A stretch of DNA of 64,000 nucleotides from Trichoplax adhaerens (Eukaryota > Animalia > Placozoa), in the NCBI RefSeq assembly GCF_000150275.1, contig NW_002060948.1, positions 2,534,180-2,598,179 of the forward strand, read 5' to 3'. A program made the position numbers and the translations under genes. Every line of letters begins with the position of its first letter. The stretch's first letter is position 1. Positions 25,301-37,800 of the stretch are shown here, in pieces. The notes beneath the pieces are model-generated. The model did no database searches and was not told the DNA's origin. It saw only the letters and a program-made list of their open reading frames with translations.

Positions 25301-28300
25301 CTAATTTACCGCCTAGAAATCACTTACCTAATATTATTCCGCTTAAGATGTTCCTGATATAACTTCTTATTGGGTTCATGATGAGCTATAACGGAAACTA
25401 TCTTTGGGAATCTGTGAAGCATGACAGAACCGAATTAAATTACAGTTCAATACACAGTACACTCGTCTGAGGTAATTACATACAGAGAGAAAACTAATAA
25501 CCTATTTATATAAGTACGAAGCAGATCTATTGCTTTATCTGAATACACCCAAAATTGATTGTTCACTTTGTGAGTATAGCCAACGACCTAATTGGCATCA
25601 AGGAAATACATGATCAATTCGAGTCGTTATTACATTATAATCAATATAAGTAAGCTTTAAAGAACAAACCTCCTTATTTTTTTTCGATTGCTTTAAATTT
25701 AAGCCAATATTCATCTTTGTTTCGCTATCGTAAAACACGATATTAGCAGTAATTAAAATGCACATATAATATAATATAATAAAACTGGCTTATCTAAAGC
25801 CTTACAATGAATTAGAAGATTTTCCCCTCGAGAATATAAGATAGGTTCCCGTTAAAAAAGCTATTACAACCGGAGGTACATTTAGCGTATATGCAGCATC
25901 GTGAGATGTCCAATACGGCGGTGATAAATCCTAAATTTAATGCCAATAAATACGATCAGTACAAATCATTGTGACATGTTGATTAAGAAGATAAGATTAC
26001 ATCTTGGCGAGCTCGAATTGACGAAAAATCTGGCTCTTTCACGACCATAACGCGTAATCTTATGCGATTTGTCACTTCATCTACGTAAATAACCTGATCA
26101 AATTTAAATAATTAATATATATTACATTCTTTAATAGGCAACCCAACATATAAAGATACCTACCTTTCCAGAAGCACCATAATTAATTCTAAAGTTAGGT
26201 TTTTGTTCGACAGATTTTAATAGAAAGCATGTACAGTTGATAGAAAAGAATTCCGATAAAGTTCGTGCTTTATTAGAGTATTCCTGATCGTACACATGAA
26301 TATCCTAAAATTTACAAAGATTAGCATGATCAATTTGTAGTTGCAACTATTATATCATTTAAATTTCGTTACGTGCCTTAACAATTATCTGATAAGCAAA
26401 AAGTTGCGGCTTATCCGACCACTGATTCTCTAGAGAAATATTTTTACCTCCATTTATCAGAGTACAGCTATAACATATGGAAAAATAATCAGAACGGTAG
26501 TTCGATATATTCGAAAATTTTGGAACTTTTGAGATGGTATTAAATAAAACGTTTTAATCTGACTCACGTTTGGCCAACCAGTAACAAAGCTTTAACCAGA
26601 ATTTCAGTTGTTCCAATGTCGATACCCTGTCTTTCCATATAACTAAAGAGAGTAAGCAGAAAATGTTTACGATGATATAAAGTTTAAAATTAGATAAAAT
26701 TGATAACAAAGATCGTACGAAGATTTAATGTTATCAATGTCTCTATTGCGTTGTTCTCTTTCCGATGTCTTCAACGGTGAAATGTCGAGATTATTGTTAT
26801 ATTTAGTCCAATCTTTTCCTCTAGAGTACCTGCAGTAGTAATTTCAACAATAGTCAAGCTATCAGTAAATCAGTTGTATACAGTATGCTTAAGTAAGCGC
26901 ATATACTTAGTATCTTCGCCAATGACTTCGGTGACAAAAGCTTGGACCAGATGTGGCCATCCTACGAAACATATCTTACCAATAAGATCCTTAGCGATAT
27001 TATTCACATCCATCTACAATATGGACATTAGTAGTTTAAACTTTAAAAAATACGGAAAGCCTATCGTATTACTGATCAAGGGTCAAAAATATACCTTACG
27101 TACTTTATTACATTTGTTCTGAACTTTCAAAATTAAATTCTCATTTTTGCTCGGCCCTTGAAATACTTTAACATTTGCTTTTACCAATTCAGTTGTAAAA
27201 TCTAAATGTTGTAAAGTTGGAAATCCTGGATAGTAAACGCCAAGCTTAACCTTTGGATGTAATCCATGCATGATGGCTTCTGGTTTCAATCGAAATTTTA
27301 TTTCATCAATTTCTTCCAAGCTTAAAAATTTCAACAGAACACTATTATCGTCATGCCTTTCCAAAATAATACTAATAACGTCAAAATTGACATGCAATCC
27401 CAGTAGTACCTCGAACGACAATGAAAAATATCAGGAAACGCAGGATGAGGTGATTTGTATCCGTAATCAAGGCCATATTTATAACGAAAAAGAAGATGAG
27501 GACCATGCTTATTACGCTTCCGCTCTTTATCAGTTAGATGATGTTCAACCGTTTTCATGGCTTGTAATAGAAGCGACTTATCGATAAGATGAAAAGAATA
27601 TTAGATATTTACCCACAAATATAATAGATTACTTTCCGATACTATAAATCAGTAAAGATTACTTCATCAATAAACGGAATTTTAACCACTGCTTCCCAGG
27701 AGTTTTGTTTTTCGTTGAGATCGGTATTAAAATTTACCGGATAAAAGTTTATTATAGGAGAATTCGGACTTGTCATCAATGACTGGTAATGAAGTTTACG
27801 TAAAAATAACTTCAATACAATTGTAATAACCTTGAATTGATTAATGGGATCAGAATGCATAAAAATACCTGATATGGTATGGGTAATAATTTTTTACTAG
27901 CTTCAGGCAATACTGCCATCAGCTGCTGAAATGGTAGGAAGGGTTCCGACATTTCCAATTCTATGTCCATACTCTTGAAGTTAGTGATATCAGAGATGTA
28001 TGGAGCGTAATGATGAGGATAAAACCTACATTATTAGGGGTAAATTAAACGAATAAATATAAAATACAACTTGTGGACTAGTTTAAATTCCATTCGAATT
28101 ACCAGCTCCATGACTGGACACCGCAGTAGTAGTATTGCAAAATCCAGTGAATAGTTTTAATGTAATCATTTGCAATTCTTTGAATCTTTTCCTCCGTTAC
28201 AGGATTCATTTCTAGTTTCTCTTCATAATAATTATTTCGGAAAATTTTAAATTCCTCCTCTAAAGTATCAGTGTCAACGTCATCTGCTGTAATCATTTCA

Positions 28301-31300
28301 CTTTCTTGTATTAATTCTTTTAGGTCATTTTCTATTTCTACTTCCTTGTCTAAATTCTCTGGAGCTTTATCAGATATATTGCCAGTCTCTTCCGAATCAG
28401 AAAATGGCTGGATACCACCACCTCGCTTAGATAGCATATAAAAAGAATTTATTCAAAAAGTTACTGTGAAATATCTTTACTAATTAAAGAAAAAGTAAAA
28501 TATATACCTTCATTTCAAGCCATTTTATATTGTCGTACGTTTCTTGGAATTGTTCAAGATCAAACTGCAATAACGGAAATATTTTAAGCGTAATCGGCTA
28601 AATGACACAATACGGATAAAATCAGTTGATATGAATAGTAACCTCTGACAGTTTCTTTAAGAGCTTTTCAAATCTAGTGATGTTTAATTTTCCATGCTCA
28701 TGCAAATAGCCTAACATAGTGTTAAAAATAACATAAGTTAGAATTTGTGAGTTGTGTATATTTGTAAGATGACAGCGATAAAAACTAGGTCTACATGGTA
28801 ATAAATCAATATAACCATTCATTGAGCATCTGAAACAAATTAACTAACCTTCAAATGTTGGCAATAATTCCTTATATACCAGTTCAAGCTTTACTAAGGC
28901 ATTCTAAGTATTCATTAGTTTACGAAATTATTATGAAATAGTAATATAGCAGGTTATTGACACAATAAAGCCAAAACAGTAATTATAATCATTTAAATTA
29001 TTAAACGATACCAATATGTAGATGTAACATAGACTAACCTGATGTATATGTAGATGAGGAAGATGAGGAATAAAATCATTTCCAACAAGATAACCTAATA
29101 AGATCCAGTCATCGATAATTCTTTCCAAATCGTAAGGAAATTTAATTTTATTCTTAAATTATATCAATAAAAGGTTTGTATTGCCTGATTAGTACCAGAT
29201 TAAAGAAAGTATATTTATTGTTTTAGTGACAGAACAAATGCATTTTTAAAATTAAGGTCGATGGTGATAAGGAATACTAATAAAAATAAATTTTGTTACC
29301 TGTACATCGCAAAATTCACAATCTAAGTAATCTCTTAGTAAGGACAAATGGAGTAAGTAAAACTGAATATCTTCTGCGTTGGATGATTTTTTGTTTTTAT
29401 TCCTTTTACCGAATATTACCTCTTCTCTTAAGAGAGAGAAATGCGGTTCATGAGAAGCTAGACCTAAAATAATCTGCAAAATGATGTAAATTTTTTCTTA
29501 AAATCTAAGCAAAACAGGACACGGTGTAAAGACAACATGAAATGGAATGCATGCAATGATGATAGAGATTATTTCTTTATCTTACTAGATCAGCATCCAA
29601 GCCATATAGGCAATGTCTAGTATTATGATCATAATCAGGCGTAGATCTAAGATGGCGTATAAATTCCATAATTTTATGTTCTCCTTCACCTGGGGTCTGT
29701 AAATTTAAAAAACGATTAAAGGATTGTTTAACTATTTGTATCGAATTCTGTGGTGATATTCACTCTAATCTAAAAGATTACTAAAAATTGCAAATTCTAC
29801 GTAATGCTAAATGATTTTAACCAAATATCACCGTATAACTAACGTATTAATGTTGCAAACACATCAAGAGTACGAACGGAGTGTCCTCTTAACTTACTTC
29901 ATGGCCCGATAAATAAATATCTACATTTTGCCAAGCCTCATCTGTAGATATTTTTCTACTGATGAAGTATTTTAACTGTCGGTGTAGCTTATCCATAAAC
30001 TCAGTGCCTGTTAGCATATTTTAGCAGATTGATAACTTTGGTGAATAATCAATTTTTTTGAGTATAAAATAAGCAATTAAAATTTTCGCAATACAAGATT
30101 TTTAACTAAGATACAGTTTAATCTTTAGTTTATACACAAGAAATTGATAATTACCAGGCGTGATACAGTTGGAATCAAAAGCTTCTTCAGTAGGTAATTC
30201 TTCACCTTTACTCTTAGCTTTTTCTATAACTTGCTTGGCTTCCATAGCTGATCTATAAATGACATGCAAAAGGGAATGAGACTAGTCCATGCAAGCTTAA
30301 TATACAACGGATATTCGAATACTAATTGATCTTAAAGAAATATACTTCAATCATAGTCAATGATTTACTTTTGGTAGTATTACAAGATTGGGCGAATCAA
30401 GTAAAGAATACTGTGTACCCAGATTGCAGTAGTAGCATCTAGATATACCCAGTTATGCACTTTATATTTGTAAATAGTATCATTGCAAAGAATTATTAAC
30501 CTGAATCTTCGACTACGTTGCTGATTCATCTTAGCTCTAGGAGCAATCCCATCAATAGCCATAAATAGTACTTTTCGAGGTTTAATAATTCTGAATAGTA
30601 CCTGCACAAAAGGTAAATTTATTTACATTGCTCACATGTATGGCATCATGTACAGTATTAAGTGATGTTCTGTATCAGCATCATATTTAAGTTTCTTTTC
30701 AATGATATAAATATCATTAGTTAATTTCGCATGCTGTAAACTATTTCCAAGGGTATACGTTACTACATAGATCAAATGGAAAGATTTGGATGTATTCCTT
30801 TACCTCAATATAGCTAAATATATCCAGAAAAATTTTCTCTTCGGATATACGAAAGTGTGCATTAGCATCGTCAGGATGAGAGCAGTTATGGATAATCCCA
30901 TTCATGTCCAGATAGAGGTTATCAAATTCTGGGATCTAGTCAAAGTTTAGAATAGAAGCAAGGTGTCAATAAGTTTTTTCTAAATTCTTAAAATGTATAT
31001 TTTTATAGCGGTTGATCGATATATGGCATAATAATAATTGCTGTAAAAACATAGCTTGTAAATTATTCCACTTAATTGGTAACACTAAATAATTTAGCAT
31101 TAGCTTTTTTTCCTGTACGAGTTGTAGTTGTGTTCGCAATGATAACAGCAAGGAAGAGCGTTGTCTGTATTAATAATTTCTTATTATACTGTACTGTACT
31201 AAAAATAATTTCATGCCTTGACTATCTGCTAAGTTATTATAATTATTATGGCATCGTTCTCGATAGTAATCTAACGCAATACGATAGTATTGTAGAATCA

Positions 31301-32691
31301 ATGTGTAGCCTGTAATCAGTGTTATTGCATTTAACTGGCAATAGACTAGCTTTAATTAACAGATATCAAGTCATAATTTATTATAGCGCTATTTTACAGT
31401 TTATTTGCGAACAGAGTTGGTAAAATAGAATGTATTCAAGTTACGCAAACTCAGTAATATCATTATGGTAGCCAGTGATGACATTAGTATTTTGTAGAGT
31501 GTAATCTCACAGAATTTTATCGAAGGAAATAGAGTATACGAATATTATCGTAAGCTGGATGATCGTACAAGTTATCCGTTATTTATTTATTTATATTGCT
31601 GTTCTAATTTTTAAACAGCATGAATTCTATCGATATAGCTTAGAATCAAAGTATTGATTGATAACTTTAAAATTATTAAAATGGATTGTAATTTAGGCGT
31701 ATTATAAATGTTTTAATTAGCAACATCAAGTTGTCATCCATTTGGAATAGTGCAACCCTAAAATGATTACAAGTAATACTGTACTGTACACCAGTGTATT
31801 ACACTATACGATGTACTGTATTCAGATACATGCATATTCATCCTGGTCCATTAGCAATTTTAATCTGTCATATTATCATTTCTCATGGATGAGGTGCTTA
31901 CAGATACTAGATTCTAATACTGCTATGCTAGTGCAATCAAATCAGGCGGGTAGCAAGTAATTTATTATGTATTTATTTACTGTATTTATGGGCAATTTAG
32001 CAAGTGGAGTAATACTTTTCAGGCACGATGCATTGCATGGTATGCTACAATGTCGATATTGGCTATGGTTGGGATAAATCGACAAGCTAGTGAAATGATA
32101 TCCTACATAGATCAAGATATAGCGTCAGTGCTAATGATATAACTTAATTAAATGAAGTAATCGTGAGGTTCGATATTTATTTCAGATAGTTAGACTACAG
32201 TGGATAAATTACTCTCATCAGTAATGTCGAAACTAGTAAGGGTAGGACTTAAGAATAGTGTGAATCCATTCCTGATGCAATAATGCCCTACTAGAGGAGA
32301 GTTTAGTATGAACTCCTACGTGCAACGAGATTCAACCACCAGGTTCCAGTTGTTGTGTAGTACAGTAAGTTATACTCATGTACCATTCAAAAAGTATTGT
32401 TTATCGTCAAATTATCTTTCATGGCGAAATGATTCAATTATAAACTAAAGTATGGATAATTGTATTGTTCATTAATCGATCAAGTTGATATACACGTCTA
32501 TACTGTAGGTTAATCCATCATTTTTTATCCAGTTGGAACTTGCAGTGTTGCAAGCTCTTGCCTTCAATGTGGTGTAATATATGAGTGCAAAGTTTTCAAA
32601 TGCTATCGTTACTTACTTGGTGTTCTTTGATAATCTGACTGAGACATGGGTACCGTTCGCTGATCCAACGAAAAAATTTAGGAACTCCCAT
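22383..32691 (-). CDS. XRN1: 5'-3' exoribonuclease 1, multi-exon
   Basis: Starts [19 protein letters not shown]. Catalytic motifs [66 protein letters not shown]. Long C-terminal region with an FVPLQV motif identifies XRN1 rather than XRN2. The last exon (22383-22454) is less certain. Confidence 0.95.
26305..26376 (-). other. GC-AG intron in XRN1
   Basis: Donor AAG/GCACGT, acceptor TTTTAG. Joins FAYQIIVK to DIHVYDQ in phase 0. The adjacent GT 4 nt further gives a frameshift and stop, and intron retention contains a TAA. Confidence 0.8.
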
Positions 32692-33026
32692 GTTGTAACT
32701 TTCAAGTGAGTTTCTATTAGACTATTGAAATAAATAAGAAAAGGTCATGAACAACATAAGCTAACTTTGCAAAAAGATTTTGCCCATAAAAATTCCATCT
32801 GTCTTTTAGATAAAGTACAGTACAGTATTGAGCATTGCATTACCAACGCAGTCGAGTTGATTTTTTGATAGAAAATACTATAGAGATGACAGATGAACTG
32901 GCAACTGAAGTTCCCCAAGCCAATCTTGGATACGTACTCTGCGCGCTGTACAACAGCATGTACAGTGTACAGTACGTACGATTACAGTCAAGAATTTCAG
33001 TACTGCATTGTGTTGTACAGTATAGT

Positions 33027-33225
33027 ACTGTTGTGTAATACTGTACTGAACAGTGTACAGTATAATTTCGAAAGTACAGTACAGTACTGTACTGTACTGC
33101 AGAGATTTTGATTCTTGTGTAATACTGTACTGAACACTGTTGTGTAATACTGTACTGAACAGTGTACAGTATAATTTCGAAAGTACAGTACAGTACTGTA
33201 CTGTACTGCAGAGATTTTGATTCTT
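33027..33225. repeat. Identical 90-bp direct duplication (33027-33116, 33136-33225) containing a 26-bp perfect palindrome
   Basis: ACTGTTGTGTAATACTGTACTGAACAGTGTACAGTATAATTTCGAAAGTACAGTACAGTACTGTACTGTACTGCAGAGATTTTGATTCTT occurs twice, with a partial copy between. Confidence 0.92.
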
Positions 33226-33419
33226 TCCAGACCCCGTAATGGCTGCACTCGATTTAAACGTTATCCAAGTTTTATAATTTTAGCTTTGAAGCGATTATGT
33301 ACAATTTTATTTCAATGACTATAAGCACGTTAAAAGGTAGTAAAATAATTGGAAAAGGTTGAAAAAGGTCTTTTAAAGACAAGGCTCATGATACTGTACT
33401 GTATTACGAGAGGACCCGT

Positions 33420-34080
33420 GAATGAAGGATTGACTGACTCAGTGTGGAACATTGGGTCAGTTTCATATAATTTTTTTTGTCAACACACATAGCCACAGAC
33501 GTGCAAAATTGCGACAGTCCAATTTGAATATACAGTATAGTATAGATACGCGTTTCATCATGACTGGAGTACACTGTAGGTTATGCAATGAACATGAGTG
33601 GTGTTCAGAGTAACTAACCATCAGTTACCATCACTGCCAACGATTCATTAATTTACAATCGCAATAATACGATCAAAAAATTGAGACGATACCCACTGGA
33701 CTTTATTATTACAGAGCAGAATCTGTACTGTGCTGCATTCTACTGTACAGCACTGTGTAGAATTTGCACGCTACAAGTGTGAACCAGTTTGAATTGTGTG
33801 AAATTCTTTTCCACAACGGTCCAGCAGTACACATTTGTTGACAATAATCACAAGATGAAATTAATATCACTGTATGTCTGTATTACTACACGATCTGCGA
33901 ATGAATGATTGATTCACTGACTCAGTGCGCAACATTCGTCAGTTTCCTGCCATTTCTTTTTGCCAACACACATACCCACCGACGAGACGAGATTGGGACA
34001 ATTGAATTTGAATGTACAGTACTATAGAAAGGAGTATCGACATGACTGGACAGTATGCAATACGCATGTGTGATGTTGAA
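33420..34080. repeat. Diverged ~185-bp direct repeat (33420-~33607 vs 33899-~34080)
   Basis: Shared ordered anchors GAATGAA..CTGACTCAGTG..AACATT..GTCAGTTTC..CAACACACATA..AATTTGAAT..TACAGTA..CATGACTGGA..TATGCAAT. Confidence 0.75.
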
Positions 34081-34817
34081 ATACTCTGTCCCTTTTGGCC
34101 CACCGTAGTATAATACTGTACTGTACACAGTAGTGACTTACTTCCGCATAAGACACTGATTGCGTCACAATACAATACAGTACAATACAATACAGTACAA
34201 TACAGTACTGTACAGTACTGTACTGTACAGTACTGTACTGTACAGTATAGCATGCGCTCATCACTGAGAAGCTTACCGTAGGGTACAGTGTATTTCATTG
34301 ACAGTACAGTACAGTACTGTACTGTACACTGTACGCCAGTGGATGGTCACATTTTGACGGCACAGTCCGTCCTATAAAACTTGTGTCTGTCCGCGGGACG
34401 CAAGCATATCGTCATGACTGGACAGTATGTAATACGCATGTGTGATGTTGAAATACTCTGTCCCTTTTGGCCCACCGTAGCACAGTACAGTACTGTACAG
34501 TGTACAGTACTGTACTGTACATAGTAGTGACTTACCGTACTGTACTTCAGCATAAGACACTGATTGCGTCACAATACAGTACAGTACAGTACAGTACAGT
34601 ACAGTACAGTACAGTACTGTACAGTACAGTACATCATCGTACTGTACTGTACTGTACTGTACAGTATAGCATGCGCTCATCACTGAGAAGCTTACCGTAG
34701 AGTACAGTGTATTTCATTGACAGTACTGTACTGTACACTGTACGCCAGTGGATGGTCACATTTGGACGGCACTATCCGTCCTATAAAACTCGTGTCTGTC
34801 CGTGGGGCACAAGCATA
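34041..34817. repeat. Tandem duplication of the NECAP proximal promoter (34041-34412 and 34413-34817) with embedded TAC(A/T)G arrays
   Basis: Both copies start CATGACTGGACAGTATG and share GCATGCGCTCATCACTGAGAAGCTTACCGTAG and CCGTCCTATAAAACT. They differ mainly in pentamer-array length and order. Confidence 0.92.
34782..34788 (+). promoter_or_regulatory. Candidate TATA box of NECAP (duplicate at 34373-34379)
   Basis: TATAAAA in a locally GC-richer context about 50 nt before the NECAP ATG. Confidence 0.45.
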
Positions 34818-34838
34818 CTTGACGGAAGATCAGACATC

Positions 34839-37800
34839 ATGGCTGACTACGAATCTATCTTAGCTGTCAAGCCGGAGGTATTTGTTTTCCAGCTTCCCCC
34901 TAGACAATCCAATAGGGGATACAGGTAAATCTGATTCTGACTACTACTATAGAAAACTCATCTCTTTCTCCAAGAATCACTGGATAGAACGATATGCAAT
35001 GTCACATTGTTATTGGCCAATAACTTTCTGCTAGTACCTTGTTGACAAATGGAGACAACGCAGCAATAACATGAATAGACTGATTATTGCATGCACCAGC
35101 AGTCCATGGCTATTTGGACAAATCGGCTGCCAAGTTCAGTTTTATCCACTTATAAGTCTAGTACTCTATAGTGCTGAAAGAAGAGAAATCGATTGAACTT
35201 TTTCAGTGTATACTTGCTTCTTTTCGATCATTGCAATGTATGATGTTCATGCTATAGACAGTACAGTCAAGACTTGATGTCGACAGCATAGACAGCACTT
35301 GCTTCTTTTTGATCTATTAGTCATGGGTATCATGTTTAGGCTATATACAGTCAAAGATGTTATATCTATAGTATTAACCCTTTCAATGTACAGTTACTTC
35401 TTGCTAGAGATTGATCATTTATTAGCACAAAGTTGAAGCTCCAGTGCTTCGATTACAGTCGAGGACAGCCTTTCCTACATATTCAATTTGTATCGTTATT
35501 AGACTAGCAATGGCGCATAATACAATCAATCGTCTGAATTCTGAATGATTTTATTTACCAGTCAAATAATCCAAAACCGTATAAAATCGCATTATGTAGC
35601 TGTATCGTATGAGAGTTCAATGAATCCATTATTTGCAAAGTGCAGCTATTGCTAAAGAGCCTGAGATTACTGCCATATTTATTATGTCGTTCTACGCTCA
35701 AAGTTAGGTAGCCTCATACCGTAGTGTACAGTACAAAACACAATGAATTTTTGCCTCCAAAGATCCGCAATCAATTCTTGATTTGAATTGAAAGCTTTCA
35801 GTTAAATTACTCACTCTTATGTTAAGCTGTATTCATGTAGCTAACAAAATCTGCTGTGTAAAAGATTTTTTGCAGCTTAAGCTTTACCGGTATATTCTCT
35901 TAATGTATAGGATATCATCATTCATTTGTATAGTCATCGATAAAACTGGTATCTTTCGATATTACTTGTAAAGCAATATGATTGCTACATTTTCGAAAGA
36001 CAATATAGCAAGTATGGCCTTCTACTCCAGCGCTTTATAATTAATCGGTATATATAAAGAAGTGAAATGAAGTAAAGATTTCAAATCGAAATTAGGATCC
36101 GGGAAAGCTAATATTACAGTATTCGTAATTGAAGTAAATTGAAAAGGAATTTATTTCGGCTACGCCTAGATATCATGCTATTGCTAATGCCATGCAACTC
36201 ATTCTTATCGAACATAGAGCAAAACTAGATTTAACCAGATTTTACGTTCCTATTGAAATTTGAGCAAGTGTGTGATATATAGATAAAATTTGGATAAATC
36301 AGCAGAACACTTCTTCACTGTGAGAACAAGTTAAATATATATTAATATACGTATAATTATAAGTATCAATACGATACTATGGTAAAATAAATATTTTAAC
36401 AGCACAGTACAGTAGTGTCCACTTATCGTCTAGCGCAAACGTGAACTTCTGCAATACTTTGATCTTCTTACAAGAGTCCCTTTTGCTACTACTGTACTAT
36501 ACTCGTATATCTCAAAAATTTCCCTTACTGTGGTTCTATAATCTGACAAGTTATAATCTTTTAATCATGCAAAATCTCGATGAAGTTGAAGAGGGGTTTC
36601 ATTTCACATGCTTATCGTATAAATAAACGCTACAACAGTTATCACTTAACGCATCGGATAAAGTGATAATTATTAATACAAGTTTATCGACGCTTTCTTT
36701 AAAACGTACTTTATTGTGGAATAATTAGCTAATCAACAGAAACTGTGTTTTCATAAGTATAATCCGTACAAGGACTTAAATTAGACCCATTTTCTTCTAC
36801 AAAATAGTAGTGCTTTAAAATTTACTGCATTCCATATGATGTGTTCAAGTTAGACTAACAGTTACGGAACTAATTCTATCATTAATACGTAGAGCCATAA
36901 AATTTAACCAATCGTAATCTCGCTGCGTTTAGTTTATGCTTTTTACAAATAAAAAGTTGAAAACTGTATTATCATAATTGTAACTATAATCCATTATTTG
37001 CTATACAGAGAAACTTTAAAAACCAATTATTTTAGATCTAATCGCCTTATATATATTTATTATCATAAACGTAATTAGAGCCGCAGACTGGAGCTTGACA
37101 AAGCCTGATTGGACTGGAAGAATGAGAATTATAGCGAAAGGGAAACAGTGTATCGTAAAGTTGGAAGATAAGTCAGGTGTGTTGATATATAAATTAGATA
37201 CATTGCCCGCAACATATGCAAATTTTCCTAGATTTCTGATATGAAAAGGCATGTATTGTGAACCTCTGAATCTAGCACTAACTGACTAGTCGTTCGGCAG
37301 TATTCTATTGTCCTCGACCTATAATTTATAAATCATATAGCGCCTGACATAGAAGTGATCATAGTATGATTGTTAATCACAATGTACTATACAACAAAAT
37401 ATTCAATTTTTATAATCTAAGGCTTTATTACAATCAATTTATGGAGCTGCACGATCATAATTCTTCTTTATTTGAAGGACGTTACGTAGTCTAAAAAGTG
37501 TCTTGCAAGATTGTGATGAGCGATAGAAAGTTCTGCATCAATTTTACTACTCTCTGATTAATAAGCAGTGTGTCACCTTCAGCGAAATTTAAGTAATTGT
37601 CTGGCTTATTCATATATTTTCTGTTTTAAAGGAGAACTTTTTGCTGCGTGTCCAATAGACAAGTATCCTGGAGGATTATCAGTAGAATCAGTAACTGATA
37701 GTAGTCGATACTTTGTACTGAAAATAGTAAATGAAAATGGTGAGAATAAATAAGAACATATGCTTAATATTTACGTACTTAGTAGCTATTGATATGTTAA

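Noticed and set aside
30936-32614. Intronic snoRNAs, tRNAs or other RNA genes in the longer first introns
   Set aside because: No convincing paired C/D boxes with terminal stem, H/ACA pattern or cloverleaf seen by eye. An Infernal/Rfam scan would be needed to exclude them.
32835-34700. Overlapping ORFs rich in YSTVQ/YCTVL repeats
   Set aside because: These are translations of the stop-poor TAC(A/T)G pentamer arrays and occur in several frames on both strands. They are not proteins.
34764-34790. Hairpin resembling a Helitron 3' end
   Set aside because: Stem is only 6 bp, with no properly spaced CTRR terminus and no 5' TC boundary identified.
33027-34817. CRISPR-like repeat/spacer appearance
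   Set aside because: Eukaryotic context, no unique spacers between constant repeats, and no cas genes.
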